From: Octopus bimaculoides
Taxonomy: Eukaryota
Direction: 5' to 3'
Length of the DNA: 38,436 nucleotides
Assembly (NCBI RefSeq): GCF_001194135.2
Contig: NC_068984.1
Coordinates: 91,540,628 to 91,579,063 of the forward strand
In this document: in pieces, positions 11,826 to 23,629 of the stretch
Position numbering within the stretch: position 1 is the first letter of the stretch
Layout of the letters: each line of letters opens with the position of its first letter
Notes under the pieces: generated by a model
Told to the model about the DNA's origin: nothing
The model's database searches: none
The model's input: the letters and a program-made list of their open reading frames with translations, nothing else
Program-made: the position numbers and the translations under genes

Positions 11826-14345
11826 CTGCTCACCTATCCATCTAGTGGGCATACTAGCCTAGATTGACTACATTCTCACCAGAAAATGGAAAAGATGGCT
11901 GCTTATAAATGTCAAAACTTTCCCAAGTGAAGAGTGTATCCCTCAGCATAGTTTAGTCATTAGCGACTTCAGAATCAGGGCTAAAAAACTGCCAAGATAA
12001 CCAGTGTGGAAAAGAAAGGTCTGGAAGCTTAAGGATCCTCTGAACAGTCAGAGATTTAGAGATGTGTTACTTGAAGCATTTAATGAAAGATGAGGATATA
12101 GTGATATATAACATGGAGGACAACTGGAGGTTCCTATGGGACAACCTGTTTAGGGCCACTGTCCAAATTTTTGGATGGTCCCTTTTTAACTGAAGGTGAC
12201 ATGGTGGTGGAATAATGTAGTTGACAGGGTCATTAGAGAAAAGAAACAGGACTGAAAGTATGTGGTAGCAGAGAACTGTATCAGATAGCTAGAAAAGATA
12301 CTAGGTGACAAGTATATTTAGCCAGGAGAGAAGCAGAAAAGATGTTTGCCAATGTTCTGTGACACGAGGACCAAAGACTTGAAGTGTTTCAGATTGCAAG
12401 ATTGTGTGAGAGAAAATTGTGATATGAAATGAGAAAAATGTGTCTGCATTTAGTGATTCTGCAAAGAAAGAGGCTTGTAAAGGCTGCTAAAGGCAGAAGA
12501 GTCTGCCTAATGTGAATTCAACAGAGGGACCAGCTATCCAAATAGACAATAGCTTAGTAGATAAAGACATGAAGAATATGAAGACAGGGAAGGCCCCTGA
12601 TCCATCAGGAATCACCGCTGAGATGCTTAAAATATCTAGTGGTGTGGGCAGTCTAGTCATCCATATAGTTAATTGGGTTGTCCTGAGGGAGTCCTACTCA
12701 ATGATTGGTGTAGCAGCACCATAGTCAACTGCTATAAAGGTAAAGGTGATGCCTTTGACAGAAATAATTACAGAGGTATCAAATTGTTGGACCAGGTGAT
12801 GAAAGTTACAGAGAGGGTCACAGCCCAGCTAATTAGGAAGAAAGTTAGTGTAGTTGTTGGTTTTGTGCCAGGGAGAAGCACCACTGATGCTATATTCCTG
12901 GTAAGGCAGCTGCAAGAAAAATACTTTGCCAAAAATAAATCACTGTGCTTGGCTTTTGTTGACATGGACAAAGCCTTCAGCAGGTCACCTGCTCCCTTAT
13001 CTGGTGGTCAATGTGGAAACTGGGGATAGATGAGTAGTTAGTGAGGGCTATACAAGCCATGTACAGGGATGCTGTCAGTAAGGTGAAGGTTAGAAATGAG
13101 TATAGCAATGAATTCAGTGTACAAGTGGGAGTTCATCAAGGATCGGTCCTCAGCCCCTTCTTGTTCATCATAGTCCTCCAGACAATAACAGAAGAATTTA
13201 AGATGAGTTTCTATGCTGATGATCTTGTTTATATAGCTGAATCACTACCAGAACTAGAGAAGAAATTTCAGGTGTGGAAGCAAGGTCTAGAATCAAAGGG
13301 CCTTATAGTCAATTTAGCAAAGACCAAAGTCTTAGTAAGTAGGAAAGCAGACAAATCACAAATCTGTTCAGGGAGATAGCCCTGCTTGATATGTAGAAAA
13401 GGCATGGGTAGAAAATCCATAAGGTGTACCTGGTGCAAGCTATGGACACATAGTGGTGCAGCAATATCAGAGGAATGTTAACAGAGAAAATAGTTTTTGT
13501 GTGTAGTAGATGTACAGGTACAATGAACACTAAAAATGTACAGAAAATAGACTCTGTCAAATGCCAGTGGGGATACTTAGTAGACATCTGTTATCTAGTT
13601 GACCATGTCAGCAGTAGAAGTGACTGCTCCAAGGGCATAGCTGCGAGAATAAGAATAGGCTGGGCAAAGTTCAGAAAGCGCCTACCTCTGTTGGTAACAA
13701 AGGGTCTCTCCCTCACAGTGAAAGGCAGATTGCATGATGTCTGTGTGCTACATGGCAGTGAAACATGGACTGTTACTGCAGAGGACTTGCAAAGGCTTGA
13801 AAGAAATGAAACTAGTATGCTTCACTGGATGTGCAATGTCAGTGTGCATGAATGGCAGGGTGTAAGCATCTTGAGAGGCATAAGAAGCATTAGATGTGGT
13901 GTACAAGAGAGAAAACTGTGCTGGTATGGTTATGTGATGCATATGGATGAGGGCAGCTGTGTAAAGAAGTGCTGATCACTAACTGTGGAAGGAACCTGTG
14001 GAAGAGGTAGACCCAAGAAGACATGGGACAAGATGGTGAAGCAAGATCTTCAGCTGTTGGGTCTCACAGAGGCAATGGCAAATGAGACCTTTGGTAGTTT
14101 GCTGTGCTTGAGAAGACATGTCAGGCCAAGTAAAATTGTTATCACAGACAGTGCTAGTGACACATAAAAGACTCCCACTACACTCATAGAGTGGTTGGCA
14201 TTAGGAAGGACATCCAGCTGTAGAAACCAAGCCAAAATCAGACTGGGGCCTGGTACAGCTCTCTGGTTTACTAGTTCCAGTCAAACTGTCTAACCCATGC
14301 CAACATGGAAAACTGATGCTAAATGATGATGCTAATAATGATGAT
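11826..14345 (+). mobile_element. 5'-truncated, decayed RTE-clade LINE (APE C-terminus, RT with Cys/His insertion, 3' tail)
   Basis: IDYILTRK...PQHSLVISDF (APE end), KGKGDAFDRNNYRGIKLL, GFVPGRSTTDAIF, FVDMDKAF, GVHQGSVLSPFLF, FYADDL, GRGRPKKTW, and a (gat)n tail near 14340. Confidence 0.95.
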
Positions 14346-14349
14346 TACC

Positions 14350-15620
14350 AAATATAGTAATATTATTTGCTGGTGGTTTTGACTTTCAAATTGAATTTGA
14401 GGAAGGTTATCTGCTACAAAATCATTAAGTGAAATTGTGGAAGAATCAAGTTTTGTTGATATCAACATAAACACTTCATCTAATACCATCAATAATAATA
14501 AAACTAATTATGTACAGTCCAAGCAACTGCAATTAAATGAACAACTGAAATTTGTCAACAATTTGCTCTCTCTAAAACAACAGTTGATTCATTTCCATAA
14601 CCCAGAAACTTTCAGTTATCAATATGATAAAATATATTTAGTGAGTTAGCTATTAGCACCACTAATGAAACAACAACAAAAAAGAAAAGAGAAAAAAACT
14701 ATAAAGCTCTTGGGAAACCTATCTCAATTTTCATTTGAAAAAATTACCTTAATATGTCATACCATATAAGTCATTTCAAAGAAAAACCATTGTCCAACAT
14801 ATAAACACTTGTGATTATATAAGGAAAAGGGAGTTATTGATGACCAATTTTTGCTAGCTGGTTTATGAGGAGATTCAAGTCCTGTCTTTCTGTGAGCTTC
14901 TGAAAATTTTTACACTGCTTATGTTTGACCTCCAAAAAAGCTATTTCTCACAAAGCAGGATTAACTCCGCCTATACTCTTTCTAATAGAAGAATCCAGGA
15001 AACATCACTACCCACTCCATGGATGGAACAATTAAAATCTTTCAAAATACCAATAAAAGAATCAAAAGAGGAAGCAAAGAAATACCAGATACATTATAAA
15101 ATCAAACCAACTGGGTCAGTTATACAGATGGCTCACACTCTGAGAATGGAGTAGTATTGTGGGGCTACTTGAACCTTTCAAAATAATAATGCAAATATAA
15201 GCTTCAGATTGCATCATAATTTTACAATGCTTGATGCCAAGTGGTGAGGTATGATAATATTCTTAGATGATTCTGCCACAGAAATTCCATGAAACAAAAA
15301 AAGGGTTCCTTCAGGCCAATAACTATTCCAATGAAGAAAAAACAGTCAAGTTGAAATAATTTTGAACATTTTTCTGAAATTAGATAATTATTTAGTGGAA
15401 AATAATAAGCAAGTAACAATTATTTGACTATCAGGACATGCAGATATCAAGAGAAACAAGAAAGTAGATGGATTAGTAAAACAAGGAGTATAGATTATTT
15501 TTCAAATCTTTCATAAGTTAAAATCATTCAGCAAAAGTATAATGAGTCAAGCGGGGTGAATATGAGAAGAATCAAGAGACAAACAATTGAACTTCAATTC
15601 CCCATTATCTCAATTAAATC
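14350..15620 (+). mobile_element. Decayed RNase H-containing non-LTR retrotransposon relic
   Basis: WVSYTDGSHSENGV at about 15112-15155 and LSGHADIKRNKKVDGLVKQG at about 15428-15487 match RNase H motifs YTDGS and WIPGHxGIxGNExAD. Boundaries are uncertain. Confidence 0.6.
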
Positions 15621-15644
15621 TATCAAGGTATAAATACTGCGTAT

Positions 15645-16785
15645 CTAGGGCAATGTCCCTGCTTGATATATAGAAACGCTGTGGTAGAAACCCCATACTC
15701 TATACAGTGTACCCAGTGCAAACTGACACAAGAGATGCAGCAGTATCACAGGAAGTTGAACAGAGAAAGTAGTCTTTGTGTGTGGCAAATGTGCAGTTAC
15801 AATAAACACTAGGAATATGTAAACAATAGACTTCCTCAAATGTCTAGGGAAATCCTTAGAAGTAGTAGATAACTTCTGCTACCTAGGTGCCCAAGTTAGC
15901 AGTGGAGGAGAAAGCTCTGAAAGCATAGTTGCAAGAATAAGAATGGGCTGGGCAAAGTTCAAAGTGCTGCTAACTTTGTGGATAATGAAGGACCTCTCCT
16001 TCAAAGTAAATGGCAATTTGTATGAAGCATGTGTACAAATAGCTATGCTACATGGTAGTGAGACATGGAGTGTGACTACTGAGAACATGTAAAGGCTTGA
16101 AAGAAATGAAGCCAGTATGCTCCGCTAAATGGGTAATGTTAGTGTGTGTGTAAGACAAAGTGTAAATGATTTAAGAGAAAAATTGGAAATAAGAGGCATC
16201 AGTTGTAGTGTGCAAGAGAGAAGACTGCACTGGTATGGTAATGTGATACGTAAAGATGAACAGCTGCATAAAGAAGTGTTTATCTCCAATTGTGGAAGGG
16301 GTAGATCTAGGAGGATGTGAGATGAAGCGATGAGAAAGATCTTCAGATGCAGGGACTGAGACTTCTGACAATTTGCCATGCTTGAGAAGATATGAAAAGC
16401 TAAGTAAAATCATGGCCATCTATACATACAGACATGTTCCTCTGTCAGCCAAGAGACCTTTGTTTTGCAGATGCTGGCGTCATGTAAAAGGACCTGTGCC
16501 GGTACTACATAGAAAAGTAGCCATTTGGGGTCACATAAAAAGATCCTGTACTGGTGGTGTCACATATAAAGAACCTGTACTGGTGCCAAGTATAAAGTAC
16601 CCATGTCAGTGCCATGTATAAGACACCTGTGCCAGTTTCACATAAAAAAACACATAATACACTCTCTAAGGTGGGTAGCATTAGGAAGGGCATCCAGCCA
16701 TAGAAACAATGCCAGAACAAACAATTGGAGCTGGCTGATCAGCTCGTCAAACTGTCTAACCCATGCCTGCATGGAAAACAGATGA
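15645..16785 (+). mobile_element. RTE LINE 3' fragment (same family as 11826-14345)
   Basis: Colinear with 13380-14330 (PCLI..., ARIRMGWAKF, LHGSETWSVT, QERRLHWYG), followed by the 3' tail. Confidence 0.9.
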
Positions 16786-16788
16786 TAG

Positions 16789-16902
16789 AATATTCAAATG
16801 TTAAACTATTTTGATTTTGAACAGTAAGCACATCCTAATTATTTCATCGTTGTGTGCACAGAGAAAAATGTTTATCATACCTGGACAAAACTAATAAAAC
16901 AA
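16789..16902 (+). pseudogene. Orphan diverged fragment of the ABHD16A CDS
   Basis: 16789-16825 is identical to 19129-19165 (37 bp) and 16883-16902 is identical to 19227-19246 (20 bp). The middle is colinear but diverged. Confidence 0.8.
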
Positions 16903-17052
16903 TGATAATGAATGTTGGCTTCAAATATGTTATATTCCTCTGAACTACACATTACTTCATGAATAGGTCCTATGTGATCAACTTTATGCTCTTGTGGAGC
17001 CAATTTAGAAATCATGCAGCATTATTTATTCCAAAGAGACTGTCTAAAATTA

Positions 17053-17365
17053 CCGGTGGCACGTTAGAAAATCATTCGAGCGAGGTCGTTGCCTGTGCCG
17101 CTGGACTGGCTCCTGTGCAAGTGGCATGTAAAAAACACCATTTTGAGCGTGGCCGTTGCCAGTACCACGTGACTGGCCCTCGTGCCGGTGGTACGTAAAA
17201 GTACCCACTATACTCTCGGAGTGGTTGGCGTTAGGAAGGGCATCCAGCTGTAGAAACTCTGCCAGATCAGATTGGAGCTTGGTGCAGCCATCCAGTTCAC
17301 CAGTCCTCAGTCAAATCGTCCAATCCATGCTAGCATAGAAAGCGGACGTTAAACGATGGTGATGA
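17053..17365 (+). mobile_element. Well-preserved RTE 3'-UTR/tail copy
   Basis: Highly similar to 38158-38388 (cactatactctcggagtggttggcgttaggaagggcatccagctgtagaaactctgccagatcagattggagc). CpGs are retained. Confidence 0.85.
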
Positions 17366-18266
17366 ATCTACCAACCAAAGATAAGTTCTTTCAATTCATG
17401 GAGGGTATAAAAAGTTCAACAAATGCAAAAACTTATAACTGTTTTTTTACATGTTCTTATTTCTCTCTTGTTTATATTTCGAAATTATTATTTTGTATAA
17501 GGGTTATTATATACTTTTCTCTGTCAATCATTGCTTATCACCTCTAAACAAACGTTTAAGTTGATGAAATAAATTTGACAAGATTATCTTAAGATATATA
17601 TTTATTGATTGTACCATTTCACAAAGATAAAGCATAATCAAGATTGACGACCAAACTGATCGAAAGTTCTACCATTTCTTACAATATTACAATGTTACCT
17701 TCCTTCTGAAACCAAGTGAAAACTAAGTTACATCCACTTCTCTCCCCTGTACTTTGACTTCACTACCTGTTGTAGTGGCTGCTGCGACTCCTTATGCAAC
17801 TGCCATCTGTGACTTTTATCTTGTTGAACTTACAGTTATTTTAATAGGTGAACAAACTACAAAATTGATGTCGACATTTTTTGAAATTCTATCGAGGTTT
17901 TATCTTGGTTGGTTTACCTCTGTATAGTAAAATGTATTTGCATCTATGAATGACCGGCCATTGATTGTTGCCATATAAGTGAATGAGTTTTTTTTTTTAA
18001 TAACTTTTCCTTTATTTCTCTTTCTTTTTGCTTGTTTCTGTATCTTTCTTTTAACTTGAAAATCATATAAATCTCTGAATTTTATCAGCTTTATTGACTA
18101 AATAGTCCATTTCACATGATTAATCTCTAGACAAGTAACGGGAGAACTAGTGTTTATTTTACCAGCAGTTATCTTTCTATCTGTTTATTATAAGTGTAAT
18201 TATTTTTTTAAAAGAATAATTATGACACCCTTGAACCCAGTTCGGTATCAGAACACTGGAGAAAAG

Positions 18267-18684
18267 GTAAACCTGTGCCTCCTTTCCTAACATGCACATA
18301 TAAAATCAATGTTGTGATTGTATTTGTTAGTCAACCCCGCCGTTTTTTCTCTTTTTTTCCCCCCAGGAAATAAAATAGCACAACCCGCATGAATTTAATG
18401 ACATAAACCATTTTTAGATTTGAATGTAGGAATATGTCATAAAAAAAATAACTAAATGTTAGATTTATTTCTCTTTTGCATTTTACTTCTGTTTAAATAA
18501 ATGTACGGAATATTTTCCAATTAAAGTGTATTTCAAAACTACCAAAAACACGCATAGTGCTGTATTTTCATTTGACAGCATATATTTGAGGTTTTATAAT
18601 ATTTGAGATGCTATTTTGTGGCTTAAGTAAGGTTAATTCATAATTGGCCATTCATGTTTTTTTTTATCTCCTTCGTCTTGATAG
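18267..18684 (+). other. Candidate 5'-UTR intron of ABHD16A
   Basis: Donor AAAAG|GTAAAC at 18267 and acceptor tttttttttatctccttcgtcttgatag| at 18684, 84 nt before the ATG. The acceptor is convincing; its pairing with this donor is inferred. Confidence 0.45.
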
Positions 18685-18768
18685 GTTCACTTATTGAGCA
18701 GTGCTAATCAAAGTTTCTTCTTCCGTCACACGACCAATTCCACATTTTCGAGCGCCCCAAGAAACATC

Positions 18769-20328
18769 ATGGCGTCGTTTTTCTTGCAAGCCGTTTTCGG
18801 ACCACGTCTTTACAGGATCCATAAACCAAATGAAGCGGAGAAATACTATCAGTCAAAATATTTAGAAGCTTTTGGAGACAAAATTATTTCTTCTACTCAT
18901 ATGGTATTAAGTTTTTCAAAGTGGGCGTCACCTTTTATAATTCTCTATTTTTACCGTCATGGCTATTATACAAGTAACATGTTAGTGGTCGCTGTACACT
19001 CCTTGTCCGGAGCTGCTGCTGTTTATCTGATGGCACTTGTTATTCGAGGTCTAGGACGGTATATGGATGCAGATTATATGGATTTTCAAAGAAGCTTGAC
19101 TACAGCGAAATCTAGTCCTTCGCGAAATAATATTCAAATGTTAAACTATTTTGATTTTGAACAGTGGGCACGTCCTTATGATTTCAGCGTCGTTTCCACT
19201 CAGAAAAGTGCAAGGACCATTAAATCGGACAAAACTAATAAAACAAACATCAATGAAAAATCTCTTTTGCGAAAAATAATGGATATTCCCATGTTATTGC
19301 TTGGTTATGTTTTTTTCAATGTCATGGGCAGAGCGCTCGTCTATCCCGGTTCCACTTGGGTCGTGAACAAAATGAACAGAAGCATGCTTTTATCGTATAG
19401 GGCAAAATTGGTGGAGGAAGACGGAGCGGTAAGAGCTCGAGTTGAGACTTTCGATAAAAACGGCATTGATACTGTATTTATTGACAACAGAAACAAGACC
19501 CTAACAGGCCAGACTCTCGTTATATGCTGCGAAGGAAACTGTGGCTATTATGAAATTGGTATATTGTGTACTCCATTTGAAAAAGGATATTCCGTGCTAG
19601 GCTGGAACCACCCTGGTTTTGGAGAAAGTAGCGGACACCCCTGCCCTAAAGAAGAACAAAATGCAATAGATTCGGTTATACAATATGCAATAGAGGGCCT
19701 TGGATTTTTACCAGGAAATATAATAATATATTCTTGGTCTATCGGTGGTTATGTTGCAACATGGGCTGGAATGACTTACCCTGATTTAAAGGCATTAATA
19801 ATTGATGCATCCTTCGATCATCTCCTGCCTCTTGCTATCACACGCCTGCCTGCCTTCATGGAAAGTTTTGTAACATTGTGTGTTTATAAATTTATGAACT
19901 TGAATATAGCAGAGCAAGTTTTGCACTATAACGGACCGATAATTTTGATTCGTAGAACTCATGATGAAGTAATTACAACTAGCACTCAACCAGACCTTCT
20001 TAGCAACCGTGGAAACCACCTTTTGACACACATATTAACTCATCGTTATCCTAATATCATTAACAAGGACACTTTACAAGAATGGTTGGGTTATTCTGGC
20101 GTACAGAAAGCTACATGTCTGAGTGAACTAAGCTATACAGAATGCTCCTTATATTTGAAGGAACTACCTAATTCTTTCCCGATAAAAGAAGGTATTGATT
20201 TAACAAATGAGATGAAAAGACAGATGACAATATTTTTAGCTAATAAGTATATGATTGATTTTGCTGCCACTCACTGTATTCTGTTACCCACTTCTGTGTT
20301 CCAAGAACCCGAGTCTCTCCATTATTAA
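18769..20328 (+). CDS. ABHD16A: ABHD16A (BAT5)-family alpha/beta-hydrolase (phosphatidylserine lipase), single-exon CDS, 519 aa
   Basis: Uninterrupted ORF. N-terminus MASFFLQAVFGPRLYRIH matches the family start (human MAKLLSCVLGPRLYKIY). Has hydrophobic N-terminal segments, ICCEGNCGYYEIG, GWNHPGFGES, nucleophile elbow YSWSIGG, RRTHDEVIT and ATHC (Ser/Asp/His triad). The ORF track's start at 18694 is a TTG; the ATG at 18769 fits the family. Confidence 0.95.
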   Translation: MASFFLQAVFGPRLYRIHKPNEAEKYYQSKYLEAFGDKIISSTHMVLSFSKWASPFIILYFYRHGYYTSNMLVVAVHSLSGAAAVYLMALVIRGLGRYMDADYMDFQRSLTTAKSSPSRNNIQMLNYFDFEQWARPYDFSVVSTQKSARTIKSDKTNKTNINEKSLLRKIMDIPMLLLGYVFFNVMGRALVYPGSTWVVNKMNRSMLLSYRAKLVEEDGAVRARVETFDKNGIDTVFIDNRNKTLTGQTLVICCEGNCGYYEIGILCTPFEKGYSVLGWNHPGFGESSGHPCPKEEQNAIDSVIQYAIEGLGFLPGNIIIYSWSIGGYVATWAGMTYPDLKALIIDASFDHLLPLAITRLPAFMESFVTLCVYKFMNLNIAEQVLHYNGPIILIRRTHDEVITTSTQPDLLSNRGNHLLTHILTHRYPNIINKDTLQEWLGYSGVQKATCLSELSYTECSLYLKELPNSFPIKEGIDLTNEMKRQMTIFLANKYMIDFAATHCILLPTSVFQEPESLHY

Positions 20329-20494
20329 ATGTTTTTTAAAAAATTTTATTGGCCTAAACACCTGTGCACCTTGGTTCTATTGAAAAGATAGATCAGATAC
20401 TTTTCGATCTCTGGTTTGTCTTAAATGCGAAATTCTTTTATATTCATTTACACCGATGTACATTATTTATTGTTGTTATTGTTTATCATCTTAA

Positions 20495-20745
20495 TAGGTC
20501 GATAAAATTAGTACCTATAAGTACTGCTGCGGTCGATTTAATCGACTAAGCTCCCCAAAACTGTGGTATTGTACCGATATCTGAAATATGGCAGAATTTG
20601 TCAAGCGCTGGCCAAAAATATTTTGCAGCATTCAGTTACGCCCCTTTACAACTCATGCCGGCTGCTTTGCCTTTTCGTACTTCCTGGATCGATAAAATAA
20701 ATACTAGTCAAATAATGATGTCAATCTAATTGATTATCCCACATT
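20495..20745 (+). mobile_element. Two fragments of the second SINE family downstream of ABHD16A
   Basis: gtcgataaaattagtacc and ctgctttgccttttc...gatcgataaaataaatactagt resemble 11700-11790. Confidence 0.45.
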
Positions 20746-22344
20746 TTCTCTAAACATTGTAATAATGTTTGAAGTTTGACTTATCAGCATTTCTGGTATT
20801 TCCCTATGACTGATGAGGCTCTGAATAATGTTACAGTTGTACTCATATTGTATCAATATTATGTATATATCGGAAAATGAGAGAGAAACGAAATGCAAGG
20901 AAGTTCAGCCATTTCTGTTACATTACAAGCTTTTATTTATTCATTGTATTCAAGATACCACAACGTTACTGTTTTATACACCAGCCTGTCTTTTGTTAAT
21001 ATTTGTTGTTTTTTTTCTCATTAATCTATATTTTGTAATATATTTAAAAACAGCAATTATTTACAATATATATTTGTATGAAATAAAAGACCAATGCATT
21101 ATTCTATAATGATTAGTCTTGGTATTTCAACAAAATATTTTAAATGATATAAATTCCTTGATTTATGAATCAAAGTTCCATTCTATGCTTCTGAGCCAAT
21201 CCACTGTCTTGAAAACTACATCTTCAGTTTCTACACAAACTTTTAAAAGAATTTCATTAGGGATACCTTGCCTATCATCTAAAAAAGTAAAATAAAAATA
21301 AATTCTCTGGATTTGAAGAATTAAGTTTTTAATCTGAAAGTTACTACTGTTGTTAAAATACTTTAAGCAATTTCTCTAAACTTAATATTTACCATATCTT
21401 AAGCTTTGTTCTAATAATGATTTTAATTAAATTTATTTCAATTCAGTGCTAATAAGGGGAAAATGTTATTACTTTAAATCCATGTTTGACTGTAATTTTA
21501 ATTATACAAACTTTCTTTTCTGTTGGTTCTTAGATTTTAAATGTTTAAAGGTAATTAAGAACAAAAGTTGTAAACTTTCATTTGCTAAAAGTTATATATT
21601 TTGTCTCTTTCAAAAATTAGTGCAGATCAAAATTATATTTTGATTTTGATTTCAGTAAACTCCAAGTAAAGAGAAACGTTGGAATATGTGATATCTATGG
21701 CATGTTTATTTTTGTAAAAAATAGTTAATATTTTATTTAATTTATACCAACAGTGGCATCATCAAATCTGAGTCAACAAAGGGGCCTGTATGCTGCTGCT
21801 CAATCTTTTGGAAATAGCAGTCACACTCCATCTTAAATAAGGATGGACACATTGGCTAATCTAGCCCTACATACCACTAAAAAGGTGAGATGGCTGCAAC
21901 TGAAATGCCTTTAATCATGAATCTGTTTAGTTAGCACTGAGCTGGAGCTAAATGTCGTAAAATTTGTTGATCAGCTGACTATTATTAACTTCTGCCAGTT
22001 TGTGTAAACACTAATTTGTGATAGATCACTAATTTATGGATTAAAAAAAAAGTTAATTTCATCTGTCCCATAGATGGGATAGCCTTTATTATTTTTTTTC
22101 TATTTTAAATGTAACTTTTAAATATTCTTTAAAAAAAGACTAAAAACGTTGTTTCAAAAAGTTTAGTATTGATACTAAGACAAAAAACATACAAAAAAGG
22201 TGTGGTACCTTCAAAATCGTGTTGATTTTATCTTATTGTATTGGAATGACCGTTATAATTTGATACAATGAATCTGTGTTATACAGTTTGTGACAAGGCT
22301 ATACTTCTGAATTACAGCTACAATCAAGAACTTTTCTACATTTC

Positions 22345-22450
22345 TGTCTATTCAACTTTACTTACATGGTATGGGGTGACATTTGCTCAAGATGTTATGC
22401 AGTAGGGATTGAACCTGTGACCTTATGTTTACAAGGCAAACTTCATAACC
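22345..22450 (-). mobile_element. Degenerate tRNA-derived SINE head
   Basis: gacatttgctcaagatgttatgcagtagggattgaacctgtgacc resembles gacacttgcccaaggtgccacgcagtgggactgaacccggaacc at 34056-34099. Confidence 0.4.
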
Positions 22451-23629
22451 AGTCTGTTATTTTGGGGTGTCCTGTGGGACGACCTAGATGAGTTATATAA
22501 CGCCTATTAAATGCATACATATAGGTAAAAATTGCTGATTGCTATATGCTTTAATGCTGTTTTATATTTGTACAAATTTGATGTTGACCTCAATAATTAT
22601 AACTTGTGTTACTGAAGAATGTCTGGTTATGCTCTTGCCATTTTTTTTTCAAATTTGTTTTCTTTTCTGACCTTCCAACTAGTTAGGTTATATAATGGTT
22701 AAAAATAGTTTCTGATTTTTTTTTTTCTTTTTTGAAGATATTGCAAGTTAAGTTTCAACTGTCTCAATCAATGAATTTCATTAAAAGCACTAAGGGTTAT
22801 TAAATAATTTAGAGTTTTTCTAATTACATAAACTCTACTAATGAAGAAGCCATTAACCTAAATTATTTTGTTGTGAATTGAAGTATATACTTTAAATTAC
22901 TGATATTAACACAAAACTCATTGGCGAAAAAAAATATTGTAAGATATCTTTTTGCTTTTGTAAACTGTTCAAGGGTAGCAATAGTTATTTCCCTTCATAA
23001 AGGCAATACTTTATTTGATTTAAAGATTGCAGTTATAAATTTATATCCAAATTCCCTCTTAATCCTCGTTTACTGTCACCAAACTTCAATGTAAGATTTT
23101 GTTTGAAGATTTTAAAAGTAGATTTATTTATTGATGGATTTGCTATCAAAATTTGGTCGAAGATTATTGGAGTAATACAGCTATATGTTTAACATTTGTG
23201 GTCTAAAACATTCCATATTTATCTTAGTACACTCAACACTTGGTTGTCATACAAATTGGATAATTTATTGATCTTTAAGTTTATTTGAATGAAAACGGAT
23301 GTAATTGATCAGAAGTTATTTGAAGCAATGTTCTCCCTTACTAGGCTTTTTAAAATTGAGACTCTTCTTTTACTTTAGATATTAATTAAAATTCTCTTGC
23401 ATGTTTTTTTTCAGGTGTTTCATTCATAATTTATAATCCAAGATTAGTATTTCTTTACTAATTGAAATATATTTTCACCCAAAGAAATTTATTGATTTTT
23501 GCATTTTCTTTATTTGATATTGTTTTGTATATTTGTTTCCATTTAACCCATTCTAATTTTTTTCTAACACAAATACAAATATATTAACATACACACATCT
23601 ATCTGTATGTATGTGTGTGTGTATGTATA

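Noticed and set aside
18694-18768. 25-aa N-terminal extension of ABHD16A in the ORF track
   Set aside because: It starts at a TTG just after a splice acceptor. Family homology begins at the ATG at 18769.
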